Assembly (NCBI GenBank): GCA_964019335.1
Contig: OZ025650.1
Coordinates: 806,001 to 870,000 of the forward strand
DNA length: 64,000 nt
Direction: 5' to 3'
From: Diplonema japonicum
Lineage: Eukaryota > Protista > Euglenozoa: Diplonemea
Shown piece after piece: positions 37,484-47,325 of this stretch. The notes below the pieces were generated by a model. That model ran no database searches. It was not told the DNA's origin and saw only the letters and a program-made list of their open reading frames with translations. The position numbers and the translations under genes were made by a program. Numbering within the stretch: the first letter of the stretch is position 1; every line of letters starts with the position of its first letter.

Positions 37484-39211
37484 ATGGAATACGATCGTCT
37501 GAAGTCAAAATGCATGGGGCTTGAAGAAGAACTGGTGAATCTTCTGAGACCTTACCAGCGAAGCAGGGAGACGTGGTATGGGATCAGCTCGAAGATGACG
37601 GAAGCAAAAGACGTTATGGCAAGGATGGGCGGGGCGCTGGATTGGACAGAAAAGGCAGAGTTCGATGGAGGGAAAGCCTTTAGGGATAGCGAACAGGAGC
37701 TGTGGGACAGCCAGCTTGCTGCAGGAGAGCCTGGGAAGCAGAATCTGAACAGGATCCAGGATACCATGCAGGATTTAAGAGACAGGACCAACGAGGTGAA
37801 CCCGAGCTCCCCGAGGTCTGTCTTCAAGCCGTGCCTCACGAGAGGGATCGCTGACTTGAAGGAGTGCAACAGACTGCTGTTAAAAACAAGGTTTACATCG
37901 AACTCTGCTTCCATCCCTTTGCCCGCACCCCTGTCACCTGTGGCGCAGCTGTTGAAGTCGTTGGTGACGTCGGCCAGCGTGGTGCCTGAGACGAAATTCA
38001 CGCATGTTGATGAAGTGATCAAAAGGAGCTTGTTCAATGTGGAAGAGGCAAAGGAGGAACAAGCCATCTTGTCATCGGAGGGCAAGATCAAAGAGGTTGA
38101 GAAGCAGTATAAACAGATCCTTGCAAAACAGGAGGCTTGCTGCGAAATTCTAAACAAGAAGATCACGGATGCGACCGGTTTGGAAGCGGAGCTGCTTGAT
38201 GCACAGCAACGTGCCGTTCATGTTTTGGATGCAGCTGAGCTGCAGTTTGCCGACGTTGTGTCTGACCATGCTGAGCTGCAGCGGCAGTGCACCGAAGACC
38301 ATATGATGTTGCTGAAGCATTCTAATGTGCAGCAAGACGCTCACGACGACATCATGGGCTCCCTACGAGGGGACATCGCAAGCTGCGAACAGGTCTTAGA
38401 GGAGAACACCGCTAGGCAAAACGAAATCTGGATGAAAATTGCTGCCCGCGAACGAGAACTCAACAAACTCGCCAGAGAACGCTACACCGAAGTACAAAAG
38501 TGGGTGCACTTGACAGAGGAATCCGAAAAAAACCGTGCTGTCTATGCCAAGTTCACATCATGGGTTGGAGGTCGGCAGAAGCTGCTGCAAGAAACTATAC
38601 AACAATGCGAGAACGTGGCGAAGGTGGTGAAATATCTGAAGAATTTCATCCTCAACAGAAAAACCACGCTAAATGGGTATTACGGGGCGCTGACGGAGAG
38701 GCTTTCTGGGGTGAAAGAAAACGCACATAGAAAGTTTCTGGAGGTTTTCAAGGAGATGTACCTAACGTCCGGCGAGCTTCACGCTAAGAAAACGCAGCTT
38801 TTGCTTAAAATGAATGAAGATCTCCAGAACGAACAGATGAAGCTCGCCCTCTGTCAAGAGTCCTTCGACCCTGCCGCTAAGACCCACGCTGACAAGATAC
38901 GAACCTTGGAAACCGGTGTGCAGGAACTAAGGACAGTCGTCAATGCGTTGGAGAATAAGCAAACACTTTACTTGGAATGGTTCAAGCCCACCGAGGCCGC
39001 GCTTCTTATCCAACCCTCCGACAGCAGCCACCCAGTCGCCGCACTCACGGCTTGGGATTCTCAACGAAAGGCGAAAATAACAGCTTATAAACAACTTATG
39101 TCGAGTCCACCATCAGCTCAACTGCTCCCGGCCCCTCCTGCGGCTGATACTTGTGCTCCGTTGGACTGGGCAGTGAAACGGGCATTCGCACGCTGCACCT
39201 CTCGTAAATAG
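37484..39211 (+). CDS. Paraflagellar rod (PFR) domain protein, divergent
   Basis: FLEVFKEMYLTSGELHAKK..QESFDPAAKTHAD and HPV resemble the PFR1/PFR2 C-terminal signature; long coiled coil. Confidence 0.8.
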   Translation: MEYDRLKSKCMGLEEELVNLLRPYQRSRETWYGISSKMTEAKDVMARMGGALDWTEKAEFDGGKAFRDSEQELWDSQLAAGEPGKQNLNRIQDTMQDLRDRTNEVNPSSPRSVFKPCLTRGIADLKECNRLLLKTRFTSNSASIPLPAPLSPVAQLLKSLVTSASVVPETKFTHVDEVIKRSLFNVEEAKEEQAILSSEGKIKEVEKQYKQILAKQEACCEILNKKITDATGLEAELLDAQQRAVHVLDAAELQFADVVSDHAELQRQCTEDHMMLLKHSNVQQDAHDDIMGSLRGDIASCEQVLEENTARQNEIWMKIAARERELNKLARERYTEVQKWVHLTEESEKNRAVYAKFTSWVGGRQKLLQETIQQCENVAKVVKYLKNFILNRKTTLNGYYGALTERLSGVKENAHRKFLEVFKEMYLTSGELHAKKTQLLLKMNEDLQNEQMKLALCQESFDPAAKTHADKIRTLETGVQELRTVVNALENKQTLYLEWFKPTEAALLIQPSDSSHPVAALTAWDSQRKAKITAYKQLMSSPPSAQLLPAPPAADTCAPLDWAVKRAFARCTSRK

Positions 39212-39356
39212 TTTATTGCACCCCACAGCCCTTCGTTCCTCTTTTACAAGGGAACCGCAGAGTTGAATAAGTCCTTCTTTCTTGTTTGCTTTCGTCCATC
39301 CTGTTCCACTCACTCTAGGCTTCGCCATTTGAAGATATGGGGCAAGAGAGGCAGCA

Positions 39357-39851
39357 ATGGACATTAACATAGACATGTCCGTGGCTGACATGATGTCGCA
39401 GATGGATAAAAAGGAATATACCCACTCGGATGTCTCGGAAGACGAATGGATGTATGAGTTAGAGAAGAGACATGGAGACGAATATGCAAGCGTGGTAGGT
39501 GGGGGGCTGAATGAGAGCAGGCGGGGGAAGTCGGAGGATAATAACAGCCCGGAAAGCTCCGTGGCGGAGTCGCACTCTATCACCCAGGGCTCTACCGTGA
39601 CAACAGAATTTACACGGAGTACTCAAAAGAACTCAATCCCCACCTCCCATTCCCAATCGTTTCCCTCTCACTTCCGTGTTGCGTCACCGGTACACACCCC
39701 TGAATCTTTGACAAAAAAAGACTCGATAAAGAAGTCCTTCAGCGACGCCCTACCACCTGACACACATCGAGCCCGTTGTGCTTGCATCTCTTTCACTGTG
39801 CTCTTCGTTCTTGTCTCTTCTTTCCTGGCATTCTATATCGCTATGCTGTAG
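39357..39851 (+). CDS. Ser-rich tail-anchored membrane protein, hypothetical
   Basis: C-terminal hydrophobic helix CISFTVLFVLVSSFLAFYIAML. Confidence 0.6.
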   Translation: MDINIDMSVADMMSQMDKKEYTHSDVSEDEWMYELEKRHGDEYASVVGGGLNESRRGKSEDNNSPESSVAESHSITQGSTVTTEFTRSTQKNSIPTSHSQSFPSHFRVASPVHTPESLTKKDSIKKSFSDALPPDTHRARCACISFTVLFVLVSSFLAFYIAML

Positions 39852-39884
39852 AATGTCTTTGTGTTGCCCCATTCGTTTTCTTCC

Positions 39885-40733
39885 GCGGGTATGTTGTTAA
39901 CCCCTTCCCCCCCTTTTTTTTTCGGGGTGCGCCCCTGTAATCGTGATCAAATAGATAGGTGCAGGGCGCCACCAACACTGGCCTCCTTTATCTCTTATAA
40001 TTCTTTTCTCTCTTTTTTTTGGTGGTGGGGATAACACAGAAATATGGAAATATAAAGAAGTACATCAGATGCTGTTGACCTCCACGTCACGGTCATCACC
40101 GGTAGCACCCGAGTGGAAGAACGTATTGCAGATGCTCAAGGTGACGAACAGGCAGCAAACTGCACAGGCTCAGAATCTTGGTTACCAGGGGCGCCATGGC
40201 TGGGGTTGAGTTGCACACCGCACGCATTAAGGACACAACGCGGAACGCAGAAGAAGCTACAGCTAGGCAGGCGCGCCCCCTGTAATCAAGTAGACGATAC
40301 TTGAGCAGGGTGCCCTGCCACATACTGCAGGCACCTTTAAAGAGTCTCTTTGTTTTTCTTTCTTTTTTCTTCTGCGGGTATGTTGTTAACCCCTTCCCCC
40401 CCTTTTTTTTTCGGGGTGCCCCTGTAATCGTGATCAAGTAGACAGGTGACCAACACTGGCCTCCTTTATCTCTTATAATTCTTTTTTCTTCTTCTTTTTT
40501 TGGTGGTGGGGATAACACAGAAATATGGAAACATAAAGAAGTACATGCTGTTGACCTCCACAGGGCTCAGAATCTTGGTCACCAGGAACGCCATGGCCGG
40601 GTTGAGTTGCACACCGCACACATTAAGGCCGAGGCGCGCCCCCTGTAATCAAGTAGACGATACTGGGGCACCCTGCCACATACTGCAGGCACCCTTAAAT
40701 AGTCTTTTTCTTTTCTCTTTTTTTTTCTTTTGC
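39885..40733 (+). repeat. Degenerate tandem duplication (units ~39885-40373 and ~40374-40733)
   Basis: Both units start GCGGGTATGTTGTTAACCCC and share colinear blocks; the second unit has deletions. Confidence 0.85.
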
Positions 40734-40998
40734 AGTTGTGTTGTGATAAGATGAACATTCTGCTGCATAAACCAGTGGGTTATAGTATTTACGTTCCTTC
40801 CGCCAGTGTGGAGAGATGCGAGGCGGAATATCAAAAAACGAGCCGTTTACACGGTTTTTCATTTTTTCTACTTCTTTTGTATGGCATAATATTAATTATC
40901 TTTTCTCTTCCCTATCCAGCACCGACCCGAGGGACGGCTCCAGCAGAAGTAATTAAAAAAAAAAAAAAAAAGGTGGGTAGAGAAGGGGGTTAGGGAAC

Positions 40999-42312
40999 AT
41001 GCCCCCCCGAAACTTGGAAATAACCGAGAATAATCTTTTGGTGAGAGTGTGTTCCTGGAATGTGGCGGAGACTAGCGGGTCGGAATGCCCTGAGGAGATG
41101 TTGGAAGAGTGGCTTCTGGGAACACCCCTCTCAACAGAGGACGCACGAAACCCTTTAGAAAAAGAGGGGAAGACCATTACGAGCCCAGACATTATTGCTG
41201 TCGGGCTGCAGGAGGTAGACATGTCTGTCCTGGCGATGTGCTTAGGGTGCTGCACGTGCACTACGGGGAATGGAGAGACGTGGAAGGACGGCGTTGGGGA
41301 GTTTCTACACAGCCGTTCATACAAGCTTGTAACTGATAAACAAATGATGGGGTTAATGTTGTTAATCTGGGTGAAAACCGACCTCATTGATGACCATGGT
41401 GTGGATGTTGAGTCAACATCTGTCGCAGCGGGGTTCTTTGGGGTCTTCGGTAACAAAGGAGGTCTGTCATGCAGGATGAGAATTCCACAGGTGGCGGGCC
41501 CCGATCTGACAATTTGTTTTGTAAACTGTCACTTGGCTGCGAAGACGAAGATGATCGCAAGACGCAACCGCGACTACCACAAAATCCTGCAGAAAACCCA
41601 TTTCAAAAAGCCCCCCCACAAGGTCACTTCACATGATTACGTGTTTTGGTTTGGAGACTTGAACTACAGACTGGAAATCCCTATTGCTGAGCGGCACCTC
41701 GCCACCACCCCGAACACAAACAAAACCACTATTCTTAAAAGATATGACCAGCTCCGCCAGCAAATAGCGGCTAACCGTGTCTTTGTTGACTACGCAGAGC
41801 CCGCCATCACATGGTGTCCCTCCTACAAATTCCAAAAGAAATCTAAAGGGATCTATGACGATCGCCGCGACCCCTCGTACTGTGATCGCATCCTTCACCA
41901 CCACACGTCCTACGCAGCAACCACTTCTCTTGACGGAAGCGGTGAACAAGACTCACCGCTTCTTCAATACAGTGATGTTGAGATGACCACTCCTTCGCAG
42001 ACAGAGATGGCCTGCGACGGCATTGATACAGCAGCTACTCCCGTTTTACAGAATGGCGAAGATAAAAAGAGTTTCCTCAGCTTCGATTCAGTCCCAATTG
42101 TCTGCCTTTCGTACACTGCAATAGACGATTCTGTAGGGTGTGTAACATAAAAAACAAGGGGGGGGGGGGGGGGGACGAATTAAAAAAGGTCTGACCACCG
42201 AGCCATCACCGGCTTGTACCTCCTCCCACAAGTCTGCCTCAACGACCTTGGATGCATCTCTGTCCGGGTGGACCTTGATGAGAAGGACGACGGTCAGCCT
42301 TTAGTGAACTGA
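40999..42312 (+). CDS. Inositol polyphosphate 5-phosphatase; intron 42138-42188
   Basis: SWNV, GLQE, GNKGG, NCHLAA, WFGDLNYR, PSYCDRIL; splicing restores SDHR. Confidence 0.9.
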
Positions 42313-42399
42313 GACGTTGAAGTTGTAATTTTATTCTATTCTTCACGCAGAAGGAATTTAAAAAAAAAAAAAAAGAAGGTTATTCGGAGAGAAAGCAAA

Positions 42400-43956
42400 A
42401 TGACAACGAAAAAAGTACGCCTCCAAATGCTCATCAAGGCCCTTGTCGGGGACGACATCGACAACCTTCAAGACAAGCACCCTGGGAGGAAGTACTGTCT
42501 TAGGTGGAAACGCGGTGGTAAGACGGAAAACAAAGGCAGGACAATCTTCGTGGAAGCTGGTGAGGGGGCCATCGAGTGGGGTCAGCGAGGAAGCGTGGAG
42601 ATGACGCTGCAAGAACGGAACGGGGCTGTTCGCCCAAAGCTGATGAAGCTTGGTGTCGAGAGGGAAGGGACCAGCGGGCCGTTTCAAAGTAATTTGATAG
42701 GTGAGTGCGTGATCGATGCGACTGCATATGTGTTCCCAGATGGGCACGCGAAGGAGTTCGCCTTCCCGATCAATCTTTACAACAAAACGACCTCAACTGT
42801 GAAGCTGCATGTTGTTTTTACAACAAGGATCATGGAGGCTGTCTCTTCTGCGCAGTGCTCTACGCTCACCACCTCTTCCATCGCGATGTCAGAAATTGGA
42901 TCAGAAGCCTCCTGCGGCGACCTCCCGTCCCCACGTACCCTCCTGAAGCTCAGGGAGGAGACCTCTGCAAGGTTAACCCCCTTCAATGCAACAATCGCTG
43001 TCACTTGCAAAAAATGTTTCGGGTCCGGTTTACCAGTACGAAGCAAGCTAAAGCTAAAGGTGACATTCGATGGTGGGAAGTCCTTGTCGACACCAGCACG
43101 TCCTGTGCTGGCGGAGAAACACATCCCAACAGTACGGTGGGTGCACCACGAGGATGTAGAAACAGTTCTGTTCAAAAATGAGAAGGCAGCATTTCAGAAG
43201 TCAAAGGTTACTGTCAGCCTCGAGACGGTAGAAGGGACGCAGCTTAGCACCGCAGAGATCGACGTTTGCAAGTATCTATGCACCGACAGGGTGGCGGAGT
43301 ACGCCTTCCCGTTGAAAAGTGAGGAAAACAAGGATCTGTGCAAGGTACAGTTATCCTTTCAGCTGTTCACGACGGTCACGCTGGCGACGTCGCACGGGGA
43401 GGTGACGGCTGTCACTCGTAGCAGCGTGTTGGACTTGCTGCCCAAATCTGTAAATATACTTCCTTCAGAGATCCATGTCCCTCACAAAAACCTGATCCTC
43501 ACGAAGGACATGATAGCGAAGAAGCCGACGCTTGCTGATCTGAAGTTGGAAGATGGTGAAGCCGTTGCCTTCGTGTACCCTTCAGCGGAAGAGACGAGAT
43601 TGAAGAAGTTGGCCGAGACACTTGAGAAAAGCCTTGCGACGTCCGATGCAAAAGTCCAAAAACTCGAAAGCGCATTGCGGTCAAAATGCACCCTTGCAGA
43701 GCAACTCATGTCTGAGGTCCAAGACCTGAAGGAGGAAGTAGAACGCCTCTCCACCGTACGCCCTGTGGTCCCTACACCGCCTTTATCTCCCTCAGACCCC
43801 ACTACGCAATGGGTCGATGCTAATGTATGGGAAGATGACTCGGAGGAAGACGAAGAAGACGACTACCGCCCATCTGAGGTAACCTACGGCCACGCTACCC
43901 CCGCGTGGTGTGCACCGAGGGTGGGGTTTTCAAGAGTTACACAAGCGACTTACTAA
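42400..43956 (+). CDS. Protein with two NT-C2 (EEIG1/EHBP1-like) domains and a coiled coil
   Basis: CLRWKRGGK..GRT..IEW..TL..IGECVIDATAY; second related unit ..EIDVCKY..EYAFPL. Confidence 0.6.
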   Translation: MTTKKVRLQMLIKALVGDDIDNLQDKHPGRKYCLRWKRGGKTENKGRTIFVEAGEGAIEWGQRGSVEMTLQERNGAVRPKLMKLGVEREGTSGPFQSNLIGECVIDATAYVFPDGHAKEFAFPINLYNKTTSTVKLHVVFTTRIMEAVSSAQCSTLTTSSIAMSEIGSEASCGDLPSPRTLLKLREETSARLTPFNATIAVTCKKCFGSGLPVRSKLKLKVTFDGGKSLSTPARPVLAEKHIPTVRWVHHEDVETVLFKNEKAAFQKSKVTVSLETVEGTQLSTAEIDVCKYLCTDRVAEYAFPLKSEENKDLCKVQLSFQLFTTVTLATSHGEVTAVTRSSVLDLLPKSVNILPSEIHVPHKNLILTKDMIAKKPTLADLKLEDGEAVAFVYPSAEETRLKKLAETLEKSLATSDAKVQKLESALRSKCTLAEQLMSEVQDLKEEVERLSTVRPVVPTPPLSPSDPTTQWVDANVWEDDSEEDEEDDYRPSEVTYGHATPAWCAPRVGFSRVTQATY

Positions 43957-44358
43957 ATTTAAGAAGAAGGTTACACTTTTGGCACAGGTCTTATTTTCAT
44001 GAGACTGTTTTCTTTTTCTTTGTTCTCTTCTCGCCCCTTAACCTCGAGCGTGTCCATGTTTTGTTAGTGGAAGTAAGGCGTCTTGCAAAAAAAAAGGGGG
44101 GGGGGGAAACATCATTATTTTGGGAAACCTACAAACTTAGTAATGGCAGCTATTCTCTTTTGTGTAAAAGAGAACAGTAGCTTGGTTCTTCTTCTATTTT
44201 TTTTTTCCCACCCTATTTTCTAATTCCTCTTTAACAATTTCTCTCTCTTTTTATTCCCTTGATATTCTGCCCCCCTTTTGAAATTTCAAATGAAAAAAAA
44301 AAAAAAAAAATAAAACAAAAAAAGGGGAAGGCGGTGGAGAAAAAGAAAGGGGGGTGAG

Positions 44359-45984
44359 ATGTCTACTTCGGATCAAAAATTCAGCCGAGCGAATTGGTTC
44401 TTCTGGTCGGACGTTGAGAAGGACAATGTGCAGAACTTCGTGGAGAAGAGGGAGGGCTATGGGGCGGGTGTGCTGGATAAGATGCTGTACCCGCTGATGC
44501 TTAAGATCGCGAGTGTAATACCAGACACAGTCGCACCGAACGTTATCACGATGGCGGGTCTTGTGTCGCTGCTTCACGGGGCGTATCTTTCCCACAAGCA
44601 CAGCGAAACCTATCCGGTGGCATCAAGCATAGCTTGCTCCATATTGGTTACAGCGTATTACATATTAGATGCTGTGGACGGTCTTCACGCGGAGAGGATT
44701 CGGAACAAATCGAATATTGGCGCCCTTTTGACAACCTCGGTGAACAGTTTCACGCCCGTCCTGCTTATGGTGATGCTTTGCCGGACTGTGCTTGGCATCC
44801 AACACTTCTCAACGATCTGGTACGCTGTCCAAGGGTTGCAATTGTTTTTCCTTTTTATCCACACCAGAGACCTTCATGGAACCTCGCGTCACATGGTCAA
44901 CCTTTTCGTCCCTGGCCCGGCTGCCATTGTCCCGTTGATCCCATTACTATGCTTGGCCAAGGCAGGGTTTGCCATTTATGTTTCGGATGAAATGATGTCG
45001 CAATTCCTCGGGCTGTGGTGGGGGTGGGTCAACATGGTTGTCATGTGGCTTGAGTCGTCCGGTTGGTCCAACGCACAAGACCTCGTGACAGAAGCGCAGT
45101 CCAAGTCCATCCACGATGGGTTCTTGACCTTTTACTTCATGTCGTTTGTAGCCGTGCTGCTAGCATGCTTCATCACACCCACCAAGGGCGACAAGGAGTC
45201 CGTCGCAATTGCATCGCAGACACAAAACCGTCTCCTGGTTTGCCTTGTGTACAGGTTGACCCCTGGGATCATGCTGCTGTTCGGGTTGATGCCTGAAGTT
45301 TCATTGGCGTCGATTCTGGTGGACGGGTTGTTCCTTTCTGTGCTGATGACAGACATGGCAGTGGGCAGGATGGCGAAGCGGTCGCTGCACCCGTGGATCA
45401 TATTATTCTGCATGGTGTCCGTGCTGGATCTCTTCGTCGAAACAAGCCTGTGCATTTTTTACTTTTCGTCTATTTTCTACGACCTCTCGGAGCACTTCAA
45501 GATGCCGCTGTTCACAGTCCAGCGCAATGTTTATGTAGATGGGGTGTACGACCTGTGCCATGTGGGGCACATGAGGATGTTCGCAGCGTCTGCGAAGAAT
45601 GGGAACGCGCTTTTCGTCGGTGTTATGAGCGATGAGGACGCCACCCCGTATAAGAGGAAGCCTGTTATGACACACAATGAACGCTGCACTGAGGTTGCTG
45701 CGTGCAAGTACGTGACCAAGGTGATCCCGAATGCGCCCCCTAACGGCATCCCCCGCGACTTTATTGAGTACCACAACATCCACACTGTCGTTTGTGGTGA
45801 AGAATACTTCACGAAGCCTGATGACCACTACTATGCAGTACCTAGAGAAATGGGTATCCTCAAAGCGGCTCCCCGTACCGGTGGGATCAGCACATCTGAG
45901 CTAATCAACAGAATCCTGGTGGCAGATGAGGGTTCACTGGCACCAAAGGACAAATTGAGAGGCGATTCAAACGTAGTTTGTTAG
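44359..45984 (+). CDS. CDP-alcohol phosphotransferase-like domain fused to choline/ethanolamine-phosphate cytidylyltransferase
   Basis: PDTVAPNVIT, DAVDGLHA; DGVYDLCHVGH (HxGH), RTGGISTS. Confidence 0.85.
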   Translation: MSTSDQKFSRANWFFWSDVEKDNVQNFVEKREGYGAGVLDKMLYPLMLKIASVIPDTVAPNVITMAGLVSLLHGAYLSHKHSETYPVASSIACSILVTAYYILDAVDGLHAERIRNKSNIGALLTTSVNSFTPVLLMVMLCRTVLGIQHFSTIWYAVQGLQLFFLFIHTRDLHGTSRHMVNLFVPGPAAIVPLIPLLCLAKAGFAIYVSDEMMSQFLGLWWGWVNMVVMWLESSGWSNAQDLVTEAQSKSIHDGFLTFYFMSFVAVLLACFITPTKGDKESVAIASQTQNRLLVCLVYRLTPGIMLLFGLMPEVSLASILVDGLFLSVLMTDMAVGRMAKRSLHPWIILFCMVSVLDLFVETSLCIFYFSSIFYDLSEHFKMPLFTVQRNVYVDGVYDLCHVGHMRMFAASAKNGNALFVGVMSDEDATPYKRKPVMTHNERCTEVAACKYVTKVIPNAPPNGIPRDFIEYHNIHTVVCGEEYFTKPDDHYYAVPREMGILKAAPRTGGISTSELINRILVADEGSLAPKDKLRGDSNVVC

Positions 45985-46702
45985 AAGGAGGGGGGGGAAA
46001 GAGATAGTCTTTTTTTATTTATTTTCTTATATCGTGTGCGCGCTTTTGTGTGTTTTTCTTTTTTTTTTTTTTTTTTTTTCTTCGGTTGAACAAAAAAAAA
46101 AATGTTTTAGTTAATACAGGAAAGTGAAAGAAGAATGAAAAATAAGAAGAAGATAAAAACTCCGAGGAAAAGACAGAGAGAGAGAGAGAGAAAAAAAATA
46201 AAAGAAAACGGGATTAGTAGTTTGTAGCTAGCTTCCATTCAAGGTACTGAGGTGAGGGATGATTGTTGGTTTTCTTTAAAAGGGGATAGAAAAAGTTGTG
46301 AAATAAAAAAAAAGGAAAAGAACCGATCTTCCCTTTGAAACAAGAAGAAGAGAAAAAAAAAAGAGAGGGAGGGTGAACCGAAGTATTTCTTTTGGCAACA
46401 AAAAAAGAAAAACACACACAAGGTTTGTATTCTTTTTTTTTTTTTTTTTGTGTTTGTATCCTTTCTCCCTCTCCCCTTTTTTTGCCTTACCCCTTTCCCC
46501 TTTTTTTTTTCTTTCTTACGTGCCCTTTTCTCTTTTTTCATATGACTCATTTTTTTTTCCCTTTTTTTTTTATATAGTGTGCTCCCTGTTCATTTCCTCC
46601 ACGCTGTCCCCCCCTTTTTTTTTCATAGTCTTTTATTTAGAAGAGTTCTAATTTTTCAAACCTTTTTATTGACAGGAGGAAGGAAAAAAAAAAAGAAAAA
46701 AG

Positions 46703-47254
46703 ATGGAACAGCTATGGTCTGAGTACCTTTTAGAAGTTGAGAACCTCGTGATTTTGGCGGCGATAGTGATTTCGATTGGAATTTGGTTGATACCAGAAAG
46801 CAAGATAAGGGGAGATGAGAAGAAAAAGCGATTAGTTGGGCCGCCTTCGCCACCCCCGGCAAAAAGGATATTCACTCTAGGGGAACTCTGCAAGTACAAG
46901 GGAAAAGAGGGAGAAGTACTTCTTGCCTGTAAAGGTGTCATATACCACGTTGACCCCACCCATTACGGCCCCGGAGCTGGCTACAGCATCTTTGCTGGTA
47001 AGGACATCACCCGACACCTTGGAAAAATGTGGGTGGGTGACCAAGAGACCAACCAATGTTGGCAAAATCTAACCGAGAAGGAAGTGAAGATCCTTGACGA
47101 CTGGGAAGAGAAGTTCCAGCAGAAATATGACATCTGGGGATGGCTGGAGGAGGACTGGGTGAAACCGGCGATCAAACCCGAGGAGCTGGAAGACATCGTG
47201 CCCTCGCACCAGGGCGGGGAAGAGGATATGATCAGCAATCTTAAAAGGGATTGA
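46703..47254 (+). CDS. Membrane-associated cytochrome b5-like heme/steroid-binding protein (MAPR family)
   Basis: N-terminal TM, FTLGELCKYKG..LACKGVIYHV..YGPGAGYSIFAGKDITR..LDDWEEKF. Confidence 0.85.
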   Translation: MEQLWSEYLLEVENLVILAAIVISIGIWLIPESKIRGDEKKKRLVGPPSPPPAKRIFTLGELCKYKGKEGEVLLACKGVIYHVDPTHYGPGAGYSIFAGKDITRHLGKMWVGDQETNQCWQNLTEKEVKILDDWEEKFQQKYDIWGWLEEDWVKPAIKPEELEDIVPSHQGGEEDMISNLKRD

Positions 47255-47325
47255 TATGTTTTCTTTTATGCCATTCGAAAGATAATTTTAAAAGTACAAA
47301 GGAGGAGGGGGCAGAGAAAAAGAAA

